64,000 bases of DNA from an uncultured Alphaproteobacteria bacterium (GTDB taxonomy: Bacteria > Pseudomonadota > Alphaproteobacteria > Rhizobiales > Xanthobacteraceae), in NCBI GenBank assembly GCA_963770985.1, contig CAVYRR010000009.1, forward strand, positions 87,433 through 151,432. Reading direction: 5' to 3'. The translations under genes and the position numbers were made by a program. Below the pieces are notes generated by a model that saw only the letters and a program-made list of their open reading frames with translations, was not told the DNA's origin and did no database searches. Shown here in pieces: positions 52,644 through 62,712 of the stretch. Every line of letters begins with the position of its first letter. The stretch's first letter is position 1.

Positions 52644-54023
52644 ATGGCGGTTTCGCGTGAGCGTCGACGGCGAAGACGAGCGCCGATCGGAATCGGTGCG
52701 CTGGTGTTTGCGCTGCTGCCCACCACGATCGGTTATCAGGATCTCGGCGTGTTGCTGGTGCGCCAGCCGGGAATTGCCGCGCGCGCGCAGAGGCATGTGA
52801 TCGCCTCGCCGTTCGGCACCATTCACGCCGCCACCTTCAGCCTGCCGCGCCCGATCGGCACTGCCATCCCGCATCCGCCGCTTTACGCGCTGGCCAATTT
52901 TGATCCGGCCGACATCACCGGCTCGATCGCCTCGCAGTTCCTCGGCGATCCGAACGCGCCGCTGCAGTTCCCTGCCGTCAATCGCAAAAGCAAGCGCGAC
53001 TCGTTGCTGGCGCGCCCGCGCGACCCGCTGCCGCCGCTGCCGCCAGCCGTTTTAATCGAGCCGGTTCCGCAGGTACAAGCAGATGCGCCTCTCATGAGCG
53101 AGCAGGCCGATAGCCGCTTCGATCCCTATTCGGATTACCAATTTGCCTTGGCTCCGGATCAGCAACCGAGCTCGCCCGCCATGCAGCCGTCTGCCGCGGA
53201 CATTGCGCCCCGCGGTAAGGACGGTTCGCAAATCTATTTCGGCGCCAATCCGCTGGCCGCGGGGCAGGAATCGATCATGCCCTGGGCAGCGGGCGAGGCG
53301 CCGGTGGTGATGGCGTCCTTCGATCCCGATATCAAGCAGTCGGCGCTCGCTCCGCCGCGGTCCGGTGGTGAGGACAAAGCCGGCGAAACCGTCGCCGGCA
53401 AGGGCGAAGTGACCGGTGTCGACCAACGGCCGAAATCACCGGCGGAGCGATTGGCGCTCACCGGTCCCGTGCTCGCCAAGGCGGAGAAATGTCTCGCCAA
53501 CGCGGTCTATTTCGAAGCGCGCGGCGAATCTGTGCGCGGGCAAATCGCGGTGGCGCAGGTGGTGATGAACCGGGTGTTTTCGCCGTTCTACCCGAAAGAC
53601 GTCTGCGGCGTGGTCTATCAGAACGCCAACCGCCATTTCTCCTGCCAGTTCACCTTCGCCTGCGACGGCATTCCTGACGTGGTGACCGAGCCGGATGCCT
53701 ATGCGCGCGCCCAACGCATCGCGCACGATATGATCAGCGGCAAGCTGTGGATGCCGGAGGTGGCGAAGGCCACCCACTATCATGCCTATTGGGTGCATCC
53801 CGATTGGGTCAACGAAATGAAAAAGATCTACAAGCTCGGCGTGCACGCTTTCTATCGCCCGCTCACCTGGGGCGACGGTTCCGACGAGCCGACCTGGGGC
53901 GATGCCAAGGCGACCGAAGCAGAAGCCGCTAAAGAAGAACAAGAGTCGCCGGTCAGCCATAGCCTGGAATGGCTGCGGTCGGAGGAGGGGCAGGCGTTTA
54001 CGCGCCAAAGCGCGCGCAAATAG
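52644..54023 (+). CDS. cell wall hydrolase (SleB/Hydrolase_2)
   Basis: CLANAVYFEARGE, GQIAVAQVVMNR, CQFTFACDG, ATHYHA. Confidence 0.92.
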   Translation: MAVSRERRRRRRAPIGIGALVFALLPTTIGYQDLGVLLVRQPGIAARAQRHVIASPFGTIHAATFSLPRPIGTAIPHPPLYALANFDPADITGSIASQFLGDPNAPLQFPAVNRKSKRDSLLARPRDPLPPLPPAVLIEPVPQVQADAPLMSEQADSRFDPYSDYQFALAPDQQPSSPAMQPSAADIAPRGKDGSQIYFGANPLAAGQESIMPWAAGEAPVVMASFDPDIKQSALAPPRSGGEDKAGETVAGKGEVTGVDQRPKSPAERLALTGPVLAKAEKCLANAVYFEARGESVRGQIAVAQVVMNRVFSPFYPKDVCGVVYQNANRHFSCQFTFACDGIPDVVTEPDAYARAQRIAHDMISGKLWMPEVAKATHYHAYWVHPDWVNEMKKIYKLGVHAFYRPLTWGDGSDEPTWGDAKATEAEAAKEEQESPVSHSLEWLRSEEGQAFTRQSARK

Positions 54024-54140
54024 CGCATTGAGCGTGAGCCATGCGCGGGGCAAATGGCTAGCATCACGAAGATTCGTTTTGGCTAAGCCTACGGGACCTA
54101 TAGGGTCCGGCCCGATCAATTCGGCCGGAGCGATCCCACA

Positions 54141-55388
54141 ATGTCGGTGCAATCAGCAGCGGGCGGAACGGGCATAGCCGGCTGGCGCACGCCCCTGGTG
54201 GTGGTGATTTGCGGCTGCCTGATCGCAATGATCGCTTTCGGGCCACGGTCTTCGCTCGGCTTTTTCCTCACGCCGCTGTCGCAAGAGCACCACTGGGGCC
54301 GCGACGTTTTCTCGATGGCGCTCGCCATCCAGAACTTGCTGTGGGGCATTGGACAGCCTTTTGCCGGCGGCATCGCCGATCGGTTCGGCGCCACCCGCGT
54401 CATGATGGTCGGCGCCACTTTGTATGCGCTCGGCTTGGCGCTGATGTCACACGCGACGTCACCCGGCGCGCTCGACCTTACCGCCGGCGTAATGATCGGG
54501 TTTGGACTATCGGGCTGCTCGTTCAACCTCGTGATCGGTGCGTTCGGCAAGCTGCTGCCGGAAAGCTGGCGGTCGCTCGCTTTCGGCGCCGGTACCGCCG
54601 CCGGGTCGTTCGGACAGTTTCTCTATTCGCCGATCGGCGTGGCGCTGATGGATAAATTCGGTTGGCAGACGGCGCTGACGATCTTCGCGGGCGTGACGAT
54701 GCTCATTTTGCCGTTGGCATTTGCGCTCGCCACGCCGCGCAGCAGCGCTGCATCGGCGGCGGTCGCAATGGCGCCGCAATCATTTCGCCAGGCCATGGCG
54801 GAAGCTTTCGGCCATCGCAGCTATGTGCTGCTCGTTCTCGGCTTCTTCACCTGCGGTTTTCAACTCGCGTTCGTGACTGTGCATTTGCCGTCCTATCTGA
54901 TCGACCGCGGGCTCTCCGCGCAGATCGGCGGCTGGACGCTTGCCACCATCGGCCTGTTCAATATCGTTGGCTCATTGGCGTCCGGTTATCTCGGTAACCG
55001 CATGCCCAAGCGCTACCTCCTGTCGATTATCTATTTCGCCCGTGCGCTCTCGATCGCCGCGTTCATTACGCTGCCGGCGAGCCCGCTGGCCACGCTGATC
55101 TTCGGCGCTGTCACCGGCCTGCTCTGGCTGTCGACGGTGCCGCCGACTTCGGCCCTGGTGGCGGTGATGTTCGGCACACGCTGGCTCGCCATGCTGTTCG
55201 GCTTTGCCTTCTTCAGCCACCAGGTGGGCGGTTTCCTCGGCGTGCTGCTGGGCGGCTATGTGTTCGACGCTTACGGCTCCTACAATCCGGTGTGGTGGCT
55301 GTCGGTGTTTTTCGGTGTTATGTCGGCAATCATCAACCTGCCGATCGTCGAGCAGCCGGTCGGGCGGCTCGAACCTGCTGCGGTATGA
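54141..55388 (+). CDS. MFS transporter
   Basis: Multi-TM pattern; GGIADRFG; FFTCGFQ; HQVGGFLG. Confidence 0.93.
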   Translation: MSVQSAAGGTGIAGWRTPLVVVICGCLIAMIAFGPRSSLGFFLTPLSQEHHWGRDVFSMALAIQNLLWGIGQPFAGGIADRFGATRVMMVGATLYALGLALMSHATSPGALDLTAGVMIGFGLSGCSFNLVIGAFGKLLPESWRSLAFGAGTAAGSFGQFLYSPIGVALMDKFGWQTALTIFAGVTMLILPLAFALATPRSSAASAAVAMAPQSFRQAMAEAFGHRSYVLLVLGFFTCGFQLAFVTVHLPSYLIDRGLSAQIGGWTLATIGLFNIVGSLASGYLGNRMPKRYLLSIIYFARALSIAAFITLPASPLATLIFGAVTGLLWLSTVPPTSALVAVMFGTRWLAMLFGFAFFSHQVGGFLGVLLGGYVFDAYGSYNPVWWLSVFFGVMSAIINLPIVEQPVGRLEPAAV

Positions 55389-55455
55389 GGCGCTTGCGTC
55401 CGGGCTCCTGCGCTGCGAAAACCCGCCCCGGCTCCGGACAAGCAGCGAGGCGGGC

Positions 55456-56443
55456 GTGACAACATTCAAGGCGATCGTGATCGAGAAATCGGATACCGGC
55501 ACCAAGGCCGCGCTGACCGATTTCGACGAAGCCAATCTGATGGACGGCGACGTCACCGTCCGCGTCGAATATTCCACGGTCAACTACAAAGACGGTCTCG
55601 CCGTCACCGGCAGGTCGCCGGTGGTGCGCCGCTTCCCGATGATCGCCGGCATCGATTTCGCCGGCACGGTGGAAACATCCAGCCATCCGGCCTGGAAGCC
55701 CGGCGACAAAGTCATCCTTACCGGCTGGGGTTGCGGCGAGACCCATCTCGGCGCCTATGGCGAGAAGGCGCGGGTCAAGGGCGACTGGCTGGTGCCGCTG
55801 CCTTCGAGTATGAGCGCGCGCGAGGCGATGGCGATCGGCACCGCGGGCTTTACCGCCATGCTGGCAGTGATGGCGCTCGAGGGCCATGGCTTGACGCCGG
55901 AGCGCGGGCCCATCGCGGTCACCGGCGCGGCCGGCGGCGTCGGCTCGGTTGCCGTTGCGATTCTGGCCAAGCGCGGCTTCTGCCGTCAGCGCGGTCACCG
56001 GCCGTCCACAGGAGGCCGAGTATCTCAAGGAACTGGGCGCGGCCGAAATCGTCGAGCGCAAGGACCTGGCCGGGCCGCCCAAAGCGCTGGCCAAGGAACG
56101 CTGGGCCGGGGCGGTCGATTGCGTCGGCTCGACCACGCTCGCCAATCTGCTGTCGATGACCCGCTATGGGGGGGCGGTGGCCGCCTGCGGACTTGCCGGC
56201 GGCATGGACCTGCCGGCCTCGGTGGCCCCGTTTATTCTCCGTGGCGTGTGTCTTTACGGCATCAATTCGGTAATGTGCCCGGTATCGCGCCGCCGCGAGG
56301 CGTGGAAACGTCTGGAAAACGACCTGGATCGCCAAAAACTGGCCTCAATGACCCGTGAAATAGACCTTTCTGGAGTTCCGGCGGCGGCAACTTCCATCTT
56401 GGCCGGCCAGGTGCGTGGGCGAATCGTGGTGAAAATCGGGTAA
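55456..56443 (+). CDS. YhdH/YhfP (AcuI-like) MDR oxidoreductase (apparent frameshift near 55981)
   Basis: STVNYKDGLA, IGTAGFTA, VTGAAGGVGS; APFILRGV and GRIVV in the second frame. Confidence 0.9.
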
Positions 56444-56543
56444 CCATGTTCAGGATTTAGCGACGAACGGCAGGTACAGTTCGGCGGGCTTGAAAAACAG
56501 GCCGTGGGTTCTGTAAACCGGTGGCGTCAGGTGGAGTGCGGCG

Positions 56544-57002
56544 ATGGTGCGTAAAGTTGCGTTGCTGATCGGCCTGCTGACCGCGGTCCCGGCGGTTGCC
56601 GGCGAGATGAGCGCCGACGAGGCGCGCCGTTTCGTCATCGGCAAAATGTTTTCCTACACATGTTTCGAAGGCACGCGCGGGCAGGGCCGTGTTCATTCCG
56701 ACGGCTCGGTGGTCGGCTCCATCCAATTCCGGGGTCAAGGCCAGGTGCGCTACGCCGCGCTGCCGCCCGGTACGCTGCGGGTGAAGGGCGAATCGGTTTG
56801 CGCCTCGCTGCGCGGACTGCCGATCGAGCCCTGTTTCAACCTGGAGCGTACCAGCGACTCAAGCTTCCGCGGCTCGGTGTCCGGGCTCGGGTTCGCCTAT
56901 TGCGAGTTCACCCGCAATCAGGGCCGACCGCATGTGGTGCGCAGCGCACACAGCACGCACCCGCTTGGCCTGCGGCCGTCATTTACCGCCGATAATAATT
57001 AG
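56544..57002 (+). CDS. exported Cys-containing hypothetical protein
   Basis: Signal peptide; FSYTCFEGTRG, VCASL, EPCFNL, FAYCEF; TAG overlaps the left TIR. Confidence 0.85.
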   Translation: MVRKVALLIGLLTAVPAVAGEMSADEARRFVIGKMFSYTCFEGTRGQGRVHSDGSVVGSIQFRGQGQVRYAALPPGTLRVKGESVCASLRGLPIEPCFNLERTSDSSFRGSVSGLGFAYCEFTRNQGRPHVVRSAHSTHPLGLRPSFTADNN

Positions 57003-57041
57003 GGCGTGTACCCATTGATCAAGGCCGGTTGGCGGTTGGTC

Positions 57042-57114
57042 AATGTCCGCTGTTACTCCAATAGCGACCTAATTTTGCGGCGCAGCGAAACGACGCGATG
57101 TGCCAAAAGCGGTC
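57042..57114 (+). repeat. hairpin repeat copy A (H2+H3, degenerate)
   Basis: AATGTCCGCTGTTACTCCAATAGCGACC ... CGCGATGTGCCAAAAGCGGTC. Confidence 0.75.
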
Positions 57115-57124
57115 TTCGGGAACC

Positions 57125-58097
57125 TTATTCGATCACCTCGTCGGCCGCGACTATCAGGCCAGCAGGCGGAGTTCAAACCAAGGGCTACAGCCGTTTTGCG
57201 ATTGAGGACGGTCTCGTACTTCGTAGGAGTTTGTACCGGAAGGTCGCTCGGCTTGGCACCACGAAGGATTTGATCAACGTATAACGCTGCTTGCCGATAA
57301 TGGTCAGCAGCGACAATGCCGTAGGACATGAGACCGCCCGCGTGGACAAAGTACTTGAAAGTGTAAACCGCTGGTAAGCGATTGCGAGCCGCGAGCGCGA
57401 TGATGAGATCTTTATTGACACTGGTCGTGCTGTCCGGCAGCACGACTATAGCGTTGTTTGGCATGCTGGCGACGGCGGCGATTGCGCGCTCGATGTCGGC
57501 GGCATCGTTCTCAATGCGGCTGGGGATCGCCTCTATTCCGAGGGATGGCGCGGCGGCCTCGGCCGCGTGCAACAGGTAATCGTAATAGACGGCGGTCTTT
57601 GGATTGCCCACAAGCGCCACGCGCGCAGTCTTTGGCGCGATCTCCTTGAGCATAGCCAGCCATTTGCCGACCATGTCTTGTTCGTAAGCCATGATACCAG
57701 TGAGATTGCCGCCGGGGTGCGCCAAGCTTGCGATGAAGCCTGCGCCGATCGGGTCTATGACGTAGGTGAATACGATCGGTATTGTGCGGGTCTCCTTCTG
57801 CAACGCGGCAGTGGCGGGTCTCGATAGCGAGAAAATTACCTCGGGCTGCATAGCGACCAGCTCTTTGGCAATCGTCTGCACATGAGCAGCAGCTGGCGCA
57901 ACGCGATAATCGATATGAACATTACGGCCCTCGGACCATCCGTGTTTTTCGAGTTCCTGTTGGAATGCTTTTATGTCCGGATCGTTGAAGCCGACGAGCA
58001 TGCCGACACGACGAATGCGCTCCGGCTCCTTGGCTCTCACCGACAGCGGCCAAACTGCTGCGCCGCCTAGAAGCGTGATGAATTTGCGCCGTTGCAT
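57125..58097 (-). CDS. orphan ABC-type substrate-binding protein (ABC_sub_bind-like), frameshift near 57175
   Basis: MQRRKFITLLGGAA leader, SLAHPGGNLTG, GGLMSYG, ILRGAKPSDLPVQTPTKYE; true end AADEVIE* at 57125 in the shifted frame. Confidence 0.9.
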
Positions 58098-58207
58098 TTG
58101 CTGCCCCCGTAAAGACTACGCTTGTGCAATACTAAATAATAACAGATTACGACCAAGCGGCGAGTGGGAAGTAGCACACAGCCGACTTCGGGCGCTGGTC
58201 CGGCCGG

Positions 58208-58328
58208 ATGTCCGCTCTGGGTCATTAGCGGACAAACCGTTCCCAGCCCAAATCGATTTGTCTGCTTTGGTCTAAAAGCGGACAAAAGCAGGCGCAATCG
58301 GATTGCCCGCTAAGTGCCATTAGCGACC
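58208..58328 (+). repeat. hairpin repeat copy B (H1+H2+H3)
   Basis: TGTCCGCT-CTGGGTCATT-AGCGGACA; TTTGTCTGCTTT-GGTCTA-AAAGCGGACAAA; CGCTAA-GTGCCA-TTAGCG. Confidence 0.9.
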
Positions 58329-58352
58329 AACGCACTACAACAAATAACGTCC

Positions 58353-59330
58353 CTATTGGATCAACTCGTCGGCGGCCACAAGTAGGGTTTGCGGCACGGT
58401 GAGGCCGAGCGCCTTAGCGGTCTTAAGATTGATCACCAGTTCGAATTTTGTCGTCTCTTGGACAGGGAGATCACCCGGCTTCTCGCCCTTTAGAATGCGG
58501 TCGACATACGTGGCGCCCTGGCGCACCTCTTCATCCAGACTGAAGGCATAGGACACAAGGCCACCATCTTTGACGAAACGGCTATCCCAATAGACCGCTG
58601 GGAGCCGATAGCGTGCGGCAAAATTGATGATCCGCCGGCGATGCACCATTGTGAACGAACTTGGCAGAACAATTACGCCGGCATCCGAACTTGTTTTTAG
58701 CGCACCGATGACGCCGTCGATGTCGTGATCGAGGTTGACCGGAGCTTCATTCACTTCAAGACCAAAGACTGGAGCAGCCGCTTTGATTACGGGCAACCAG
58801 CCTCCAGGCGTGGTGTTAGGATCAAAAATGACCGCGAAATGGCGGAGACGGGGCGAAATCTCCTTGAGCAGTTGGAGCCACTTCGACGCTATGGAGTATT
58901 CGAAGATGCAAAACCCGTGATGTTGCCTCTGGATGCGCCAGGTTAGCAACAAAGCCTCGGTTCACGGGGTCGGTAACGCCGACGAAAACTATGGGGATCG
59001 TATCGGTGTTAGCTTGCACGACCCTCAGTACCGGCGAACTCAAGACAAGGATCACTTCCGGCTTCAGGCCCACCAGGTCCGCGGCGGCGGATCGTAGTTG
59101 CTCCACGTCGGGTGCCACCGCACGGTATTCAAGGTGGAAATTTCGGCCTTCTTCCCAACCTAAGCGCTTGAACTCCATTGTAAGGGCAGCGACATCGTCC
59201 CGATCAACAAGATCCGACTTGGGCATCAGCACCCCGACGCGCCGATATTCGCTTCTGGCCGCCGCGCCCGTGCCGCCAATGGCCACACCGCCGCGCCGCC
59301 GATGAGCGTGATGAACTCGCGCCGCTGCAT
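58353..59330 (-). CDS. second orphan ABC-type substrate-binding protein (two apparent frameshifts)
   Basis: MQRREFITLIGGAA, TIPIVFVGVTDPV, GGLVSY, YVDRILKGEKPGDLPVQETTKFELVINLKTAKALGL, AADELIQ*; shifts near 59255 and 58930. Confidence 0.88.
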
Positions 59331-59430
59331 GTTTGCCCCTGGGCTCCAGACGAAGCATCCTAGCGGCTCAATGGAGTAGTTCGATAGGGGCTGAAACCGG
59401 CATAAAAACCATTGCCGCAGTGCACCGCCA

Positions 59431-59550
59431 ATGTCCGCTCTGGGTCATTAGCGGACAAACCATCACGGGCCAAAATCTACCGTTGTCCGCTTTGATCCAA
59501 AAGCTGACAAACGTGTGGTCGGATTGTCCGCTAAGTGCCAATAGCGGACC
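59431..59550 (+). repeat. hairpin repeat copy C (H1+H2+H3)
   Basis: TGTCCGCT-CTGGGTCATT-AGCGGACA; TTGTCCGCTTT-GATCCA-AAAGCTGACAA; GTCCGCTA-AGTGCCAA-TAGCGGAC. Confidence 0.9.
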
Positions 59551-59599
59551 TCTTAATGTTAGGAGAGCCCTAAATCGGAACTGAGCGATGTCGCCGGCG

Positions 59600-61036
59600 T
59601 CACTTCGTGTTCGGTTCCACAATGGGTTGAGCAAGAATCCAAAGGCTCAACATTGTATAGCTGACCATCAGGATGAGCATTGGATATTGGCTTCGGCCAG
59701 CGGTGCGGCTATGGCGGAACACCGAGGACGCTGTGACATGTCCGACCCACACTGCGACGACGTGGCCCGTCACAATAGCAACGACCGAGAGATACCAGAT
59801 TGACTTCGCGTCAACGACGCCGATGTCGATCCGATAGAGCATCGTACCAAACAAATCCCACCCGTAACCGAAGGGGTCGGACGTGAGTGGAATGATGAAC
59901 TGACCTGCGATCGCGAACAGCGAAAAATAATGTGAAAGGTGATACGCGATGGCAATGGGTATGAGTGAGAGTACAAACAGTCCTGACAAATTCGCCAATT
60001 TTTGACCTGATATCCGCGCCATCAAAGCGATGACGACGAGATAAAGCCCCGTCAAAGTCAGTGGGCCTGCGATGAGCAGCGCGGTCTGCATGGCCATATA
60101 CGTCCACGGATTGGTGCCAATACCTTCGGGATTGGCAAGAACCCGCTCCACGATCGCCGCCCATAGCGGCGTTTCCATAAATCCATCGACCGTCACTGTG
60201 CCCAGCATCAGCAAGCTAAATGCTGTCATTGACGGTTCGAGTGGCGTGCGCGTCAGCAGCCCAGTGGCGAATGGACGGAGACTGACGCGCCAGCGGCCAT
60301 CATTGGTAAAATTAAGCGGTGCAAACCGGCCAAATAGGCCGAAGGCAACGGCAAAAAACTCGCCACTCTTGAGCCAGGTATCGCGTCCGAAAATGATGAA
60401 ACCGGTCCACGTGAATACGGAATAGGTCAAGATCGCGATAGCGATGTTGCGCGGCACGTCGCGGCCGGGCGCGACCAGTTCGAGCCATGCGAACAGGAGA
60501 AACAACACACAGCTCGGCCATACGCCGAGCCAGCGCGGATAATGCGCGCGGAGTGAAAATCCGCTGGTCCATGGCCGCGCTAGCGTCTCGGCAAAACCGA
60601 AAACAGAGCTCCAGGGATTGATCAGTGGCCAGATATTCCCGACGAACGCCGTCAGAAAACCAAATCCGACCCACCAAATCACCCAGACGGCGACCGGCGT
60701 GATGTTCTTGAAGGTGGCAGGATTGCCCAATAAACCGGCCGCAACCATCAATATCAGCGCGAGGATGACAAAGATCTGCAAGCTTGCCACGACCAACTCA
60801 GGGACCGTCCCGCGCAGGATCGTATAGTCGCGTGTTTCGATGGGCTCGTCGCTGTCTCGCCAGAAGAGCGCGAGGATGACGAACGTCATGACGACGACCG
60901 CACCTGAGGCGATGAGAAAATAACCGAGTGGCAGTGGCAAATCGTAACGCTGTGCCAGCGCATGCGCGAGCGCGTCACCGCCGAGCGCCGGTAGCGCGAT
61001 CAATGCCGCTGCAAAAACCATCGCAGCTTGCTTCAT
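59600..61036 (-). CDS. multi-pass membrane protein (resembles proteins annotated 'fenitrothion hydrolase')
   Basis: Signal-like start, AHALAQRYDLPLPL, SLIPIAIAYHLSHYF, SDPFGYGWDLFG, GHVVAV, SQYPM. Confidence 0.75.
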   Translation of the reverse strand: MKQAAMVFAAALIALPALGGDALAHALAQRYDLPLPLGYFLIASGAVVVMTFVILALFWRDSDEPIETRDYTILRGTVPELVVASLQIFVILALILMVAAGLLGNPATFKNITPVAVWVIWWVGFGFLTAFVGNIWPLINPWSSVFGFAETLARPWTSGFSLRAHYPRWLGVWPSCVLFLLFAWLELVAPGRDVPRNIAIAILTYSVFTWTGFIIFGRDTWLKSGEFFAVAFGLFGRFAPLNFTNDGRWRVSLRPFATGLLTRTPLEPSMTAFSLLMLGTVTVDGFMETPLWAAIVERVLANPEGIGTNPWTYMAMQTALLIAGPLTLTGLYLVVIALMARISGQKLANLSGLFVLSLIPIAIAYHLSHYFSLFAIAGQFIIPLTSDPFGYGWDLFGTMLYRIDIGVVDAKSIWYLSVVAIVTGHVVAVWVGHVTASSVFRHSRTAGRSQYPMLILMVSYTMLSLWILAQPIVEPNTK

Positions 61037-61042
61037 GCGCGG

Positions 61043-61420
61043 CTACCGCGGATGCACTTCGAGGTAGAGCAGGACCGTATGACGGTCACCATGAGTCTCG
61101 ATCGGAAAACGTCCAGTCGCGCGCGCCCGAAACGCCATGATTTGTGTCTCTCCGGGATTGACCCTGACTTCGATGCTATACCCGTGCAGGTGAACAATGG
61201 TGCGGCGGTCGGCAGACCACACAAGTTCGACAGCTTCGTCTCGCTGCACCCGGACGGTCTTCACGTGATCGGTAATCCGCCCGTTTTCGATGCGCAGATC
61301 AAAGCGGCGCGGCTCAGCAGTGGCGGTTTGCGCGAGGCAAGTGCCGACACTACCGATGTAAATTGCTGTCAAAACGACAGCAATATTGACCAATAACGCG
61401 CCTGTGTCACGACGGCTCAT
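61043..61420 (-). CDS. small exported cupredoxin-like protein
   Basis: Signal peptide; VRVQRDEAVEL, VHLHGY, ATGRFPIETH, LEVHPR. Confidence 0.7.
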   Translation of the reverse strand: MSRRDTGALLVNIAVVLTAIYIGSVGTCLAQTATAEPRRFDLRIENGRITDHVKTVRVQRDEAVELVWSADRRTIVHLHGYSIEVRVNPGETQIMAFRARATGRFPIETHGDRHTVLLYLEVHPR

Positions 61421-61493
61421 GCGCCACTCTCGCTTTTGCCGCGTATCATAAGCATAATATTATTCTATTGAACGCAACATCAGGGAGGTAGCC

Positions 61494-62675
61494 ATGAAAC
61501 GTTTTTGCGCGGTTGCCATAGCCGTTTTTGTTGGTTCGGTGTGGCCCGCCATTGGCAATGCGGAAATTCTTGCGATGCTCAACTACGAGAGCAAATCGCC
61601 AGACGCGCTCAAGGCTTTCAAGTCCCCGGTGCCCGGGCAAACGCGAACGGAAGGCATCGCCGTCGTCGACGTCGATCCCGCTTCACCGACCTATCGTAAA
61701 ATCGTCGAGACTATTCCGCTGCCGCCGGATCTCGTCGCCCATCACATCTTCTACAATCGCAGCGCCTCCAAGGCTTATGTCACGGCGCTTGGCAAGGGTG
61801 AGCTGCGCGTAATCGATATGTCGAAGCGCCCATTCGCAATGAAGACAATCGCGGTGCCCGACTGCCAGGTTGGCGAGGATGTCGTGTTCTCCGAAGACAA
61901 CAAGACCTGGTATCTGACCTGCATGGGGTCGAGCAAACTGATTATCGGTGATGCCGCGAGCGATCAACCCACCAAGACGGTTTCGTTGCCGAAGCCGTAT
62001 CCCCATGGCATCGCCATCCACTCCGGGATTGATCGGTTGCTTCTCACCAACACCGTGCGCGCGTCCGATCTAAAAGACGCAGGCGAAATGATCACGGTAG
62101 TCGAGGCCAGTACCGGCAAAGTGCTTGCAACGCACAAAGTATCGAACAAGCCGTCGCCGGCCGGCGAGGCACCAGTCGAAATCCTGTTTGTTCCGGGCGC
62201 CAATCCGCCGGTCGCCTACATCACCAACATGTTCGGCGGAACATTGTGGACCGCAACGTGGAATCCGCAAAAGAAGGATTTTGATGTTGCGCAGGTGTTC
62301 GATTTTGCAACGGTGAAGTCGGGCATTCCGCTCGAAATCTACTTCAGCGGCAAGGCCAATCGGCTTTATGTGAGCACTGCAAAACCCGGGCATCTTCATG
62401 TTTTCGATATCAGCAAAAATCCCGGGAAGCCGGAGTTGCTCAAATCGATTCCGGCTGCCGAAGGGGCTCATCACGTTGCCATCACCAAGGATGAGCGGTT
62501 CGCTTTCGTCCAGAACTCGCTGCTTAATCTGCCGGGGATGAGCGACGGCTCGATCACCGTCATCGATCTCGTCAAGGGCGAAGTGGTCGGCAGCGTCAAC
62601 ACGCTGAAGGATCAGGGCTTCAACCCAAACTCGATTGTGCTGTTGCCGCAGTGGAATCACCCGGCGGGGCACTAA
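61494..62675 (+). CDS. exported YncE/YVTN-like beta-propeller protein
   Basis: Signal peptide; repeated blades (AHHIFY, PHGIAI, AHHVAI, ITVIDL); RBS GGGAGG. Confidence 0.85.
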   Translation: MKRFCAVAIAVFVGSVWPAIGNAEILAMLNYESKSPDALKAFKSPVPGQTRTEGIAVVDVDPASPTYRKIVETIPLPPDLVAHHIFYNRSASKAYVTALGKGELRVIDMSKRPFAMKTIAVPDCQVGEDVVFSEDNKTWYLTCMGSSKLIIGDAASDQPTKTVSLPKPYPHGIAIHSGIDRLLLTNTVRASDLKDAGEMITVVEASTGKVLATHKVSNKPSPAGEAPVEILFVPGANPPVAYITNMFGGTLWTATWNPQKKDFDVAQVFDFATVKSGIPLEIYFSGKANRLYVSTAKPGHLHVFDISKNPGKPELLKSIPAAEGAHHVAITKDERFAFVQNSLLNLPGMSDGSITVIDLVKGEVVGSVNTLKDQGFNPNSIVLLPQWNHPAGH

Positions 62676-62712
62676 TCACGTAACTTTCCTGAAGCGGGCC
62701 AGCGATACCGCT

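Noticed and set aside
58208-59550. Island hairpins as plain rho-independent terminators
   Set aside because: Only short T runs follow the stems, loop sequences are conserved by position, and copy D keeps its orientation although the adjacent gene is on the other strand; a secondary terminator role is not excluded
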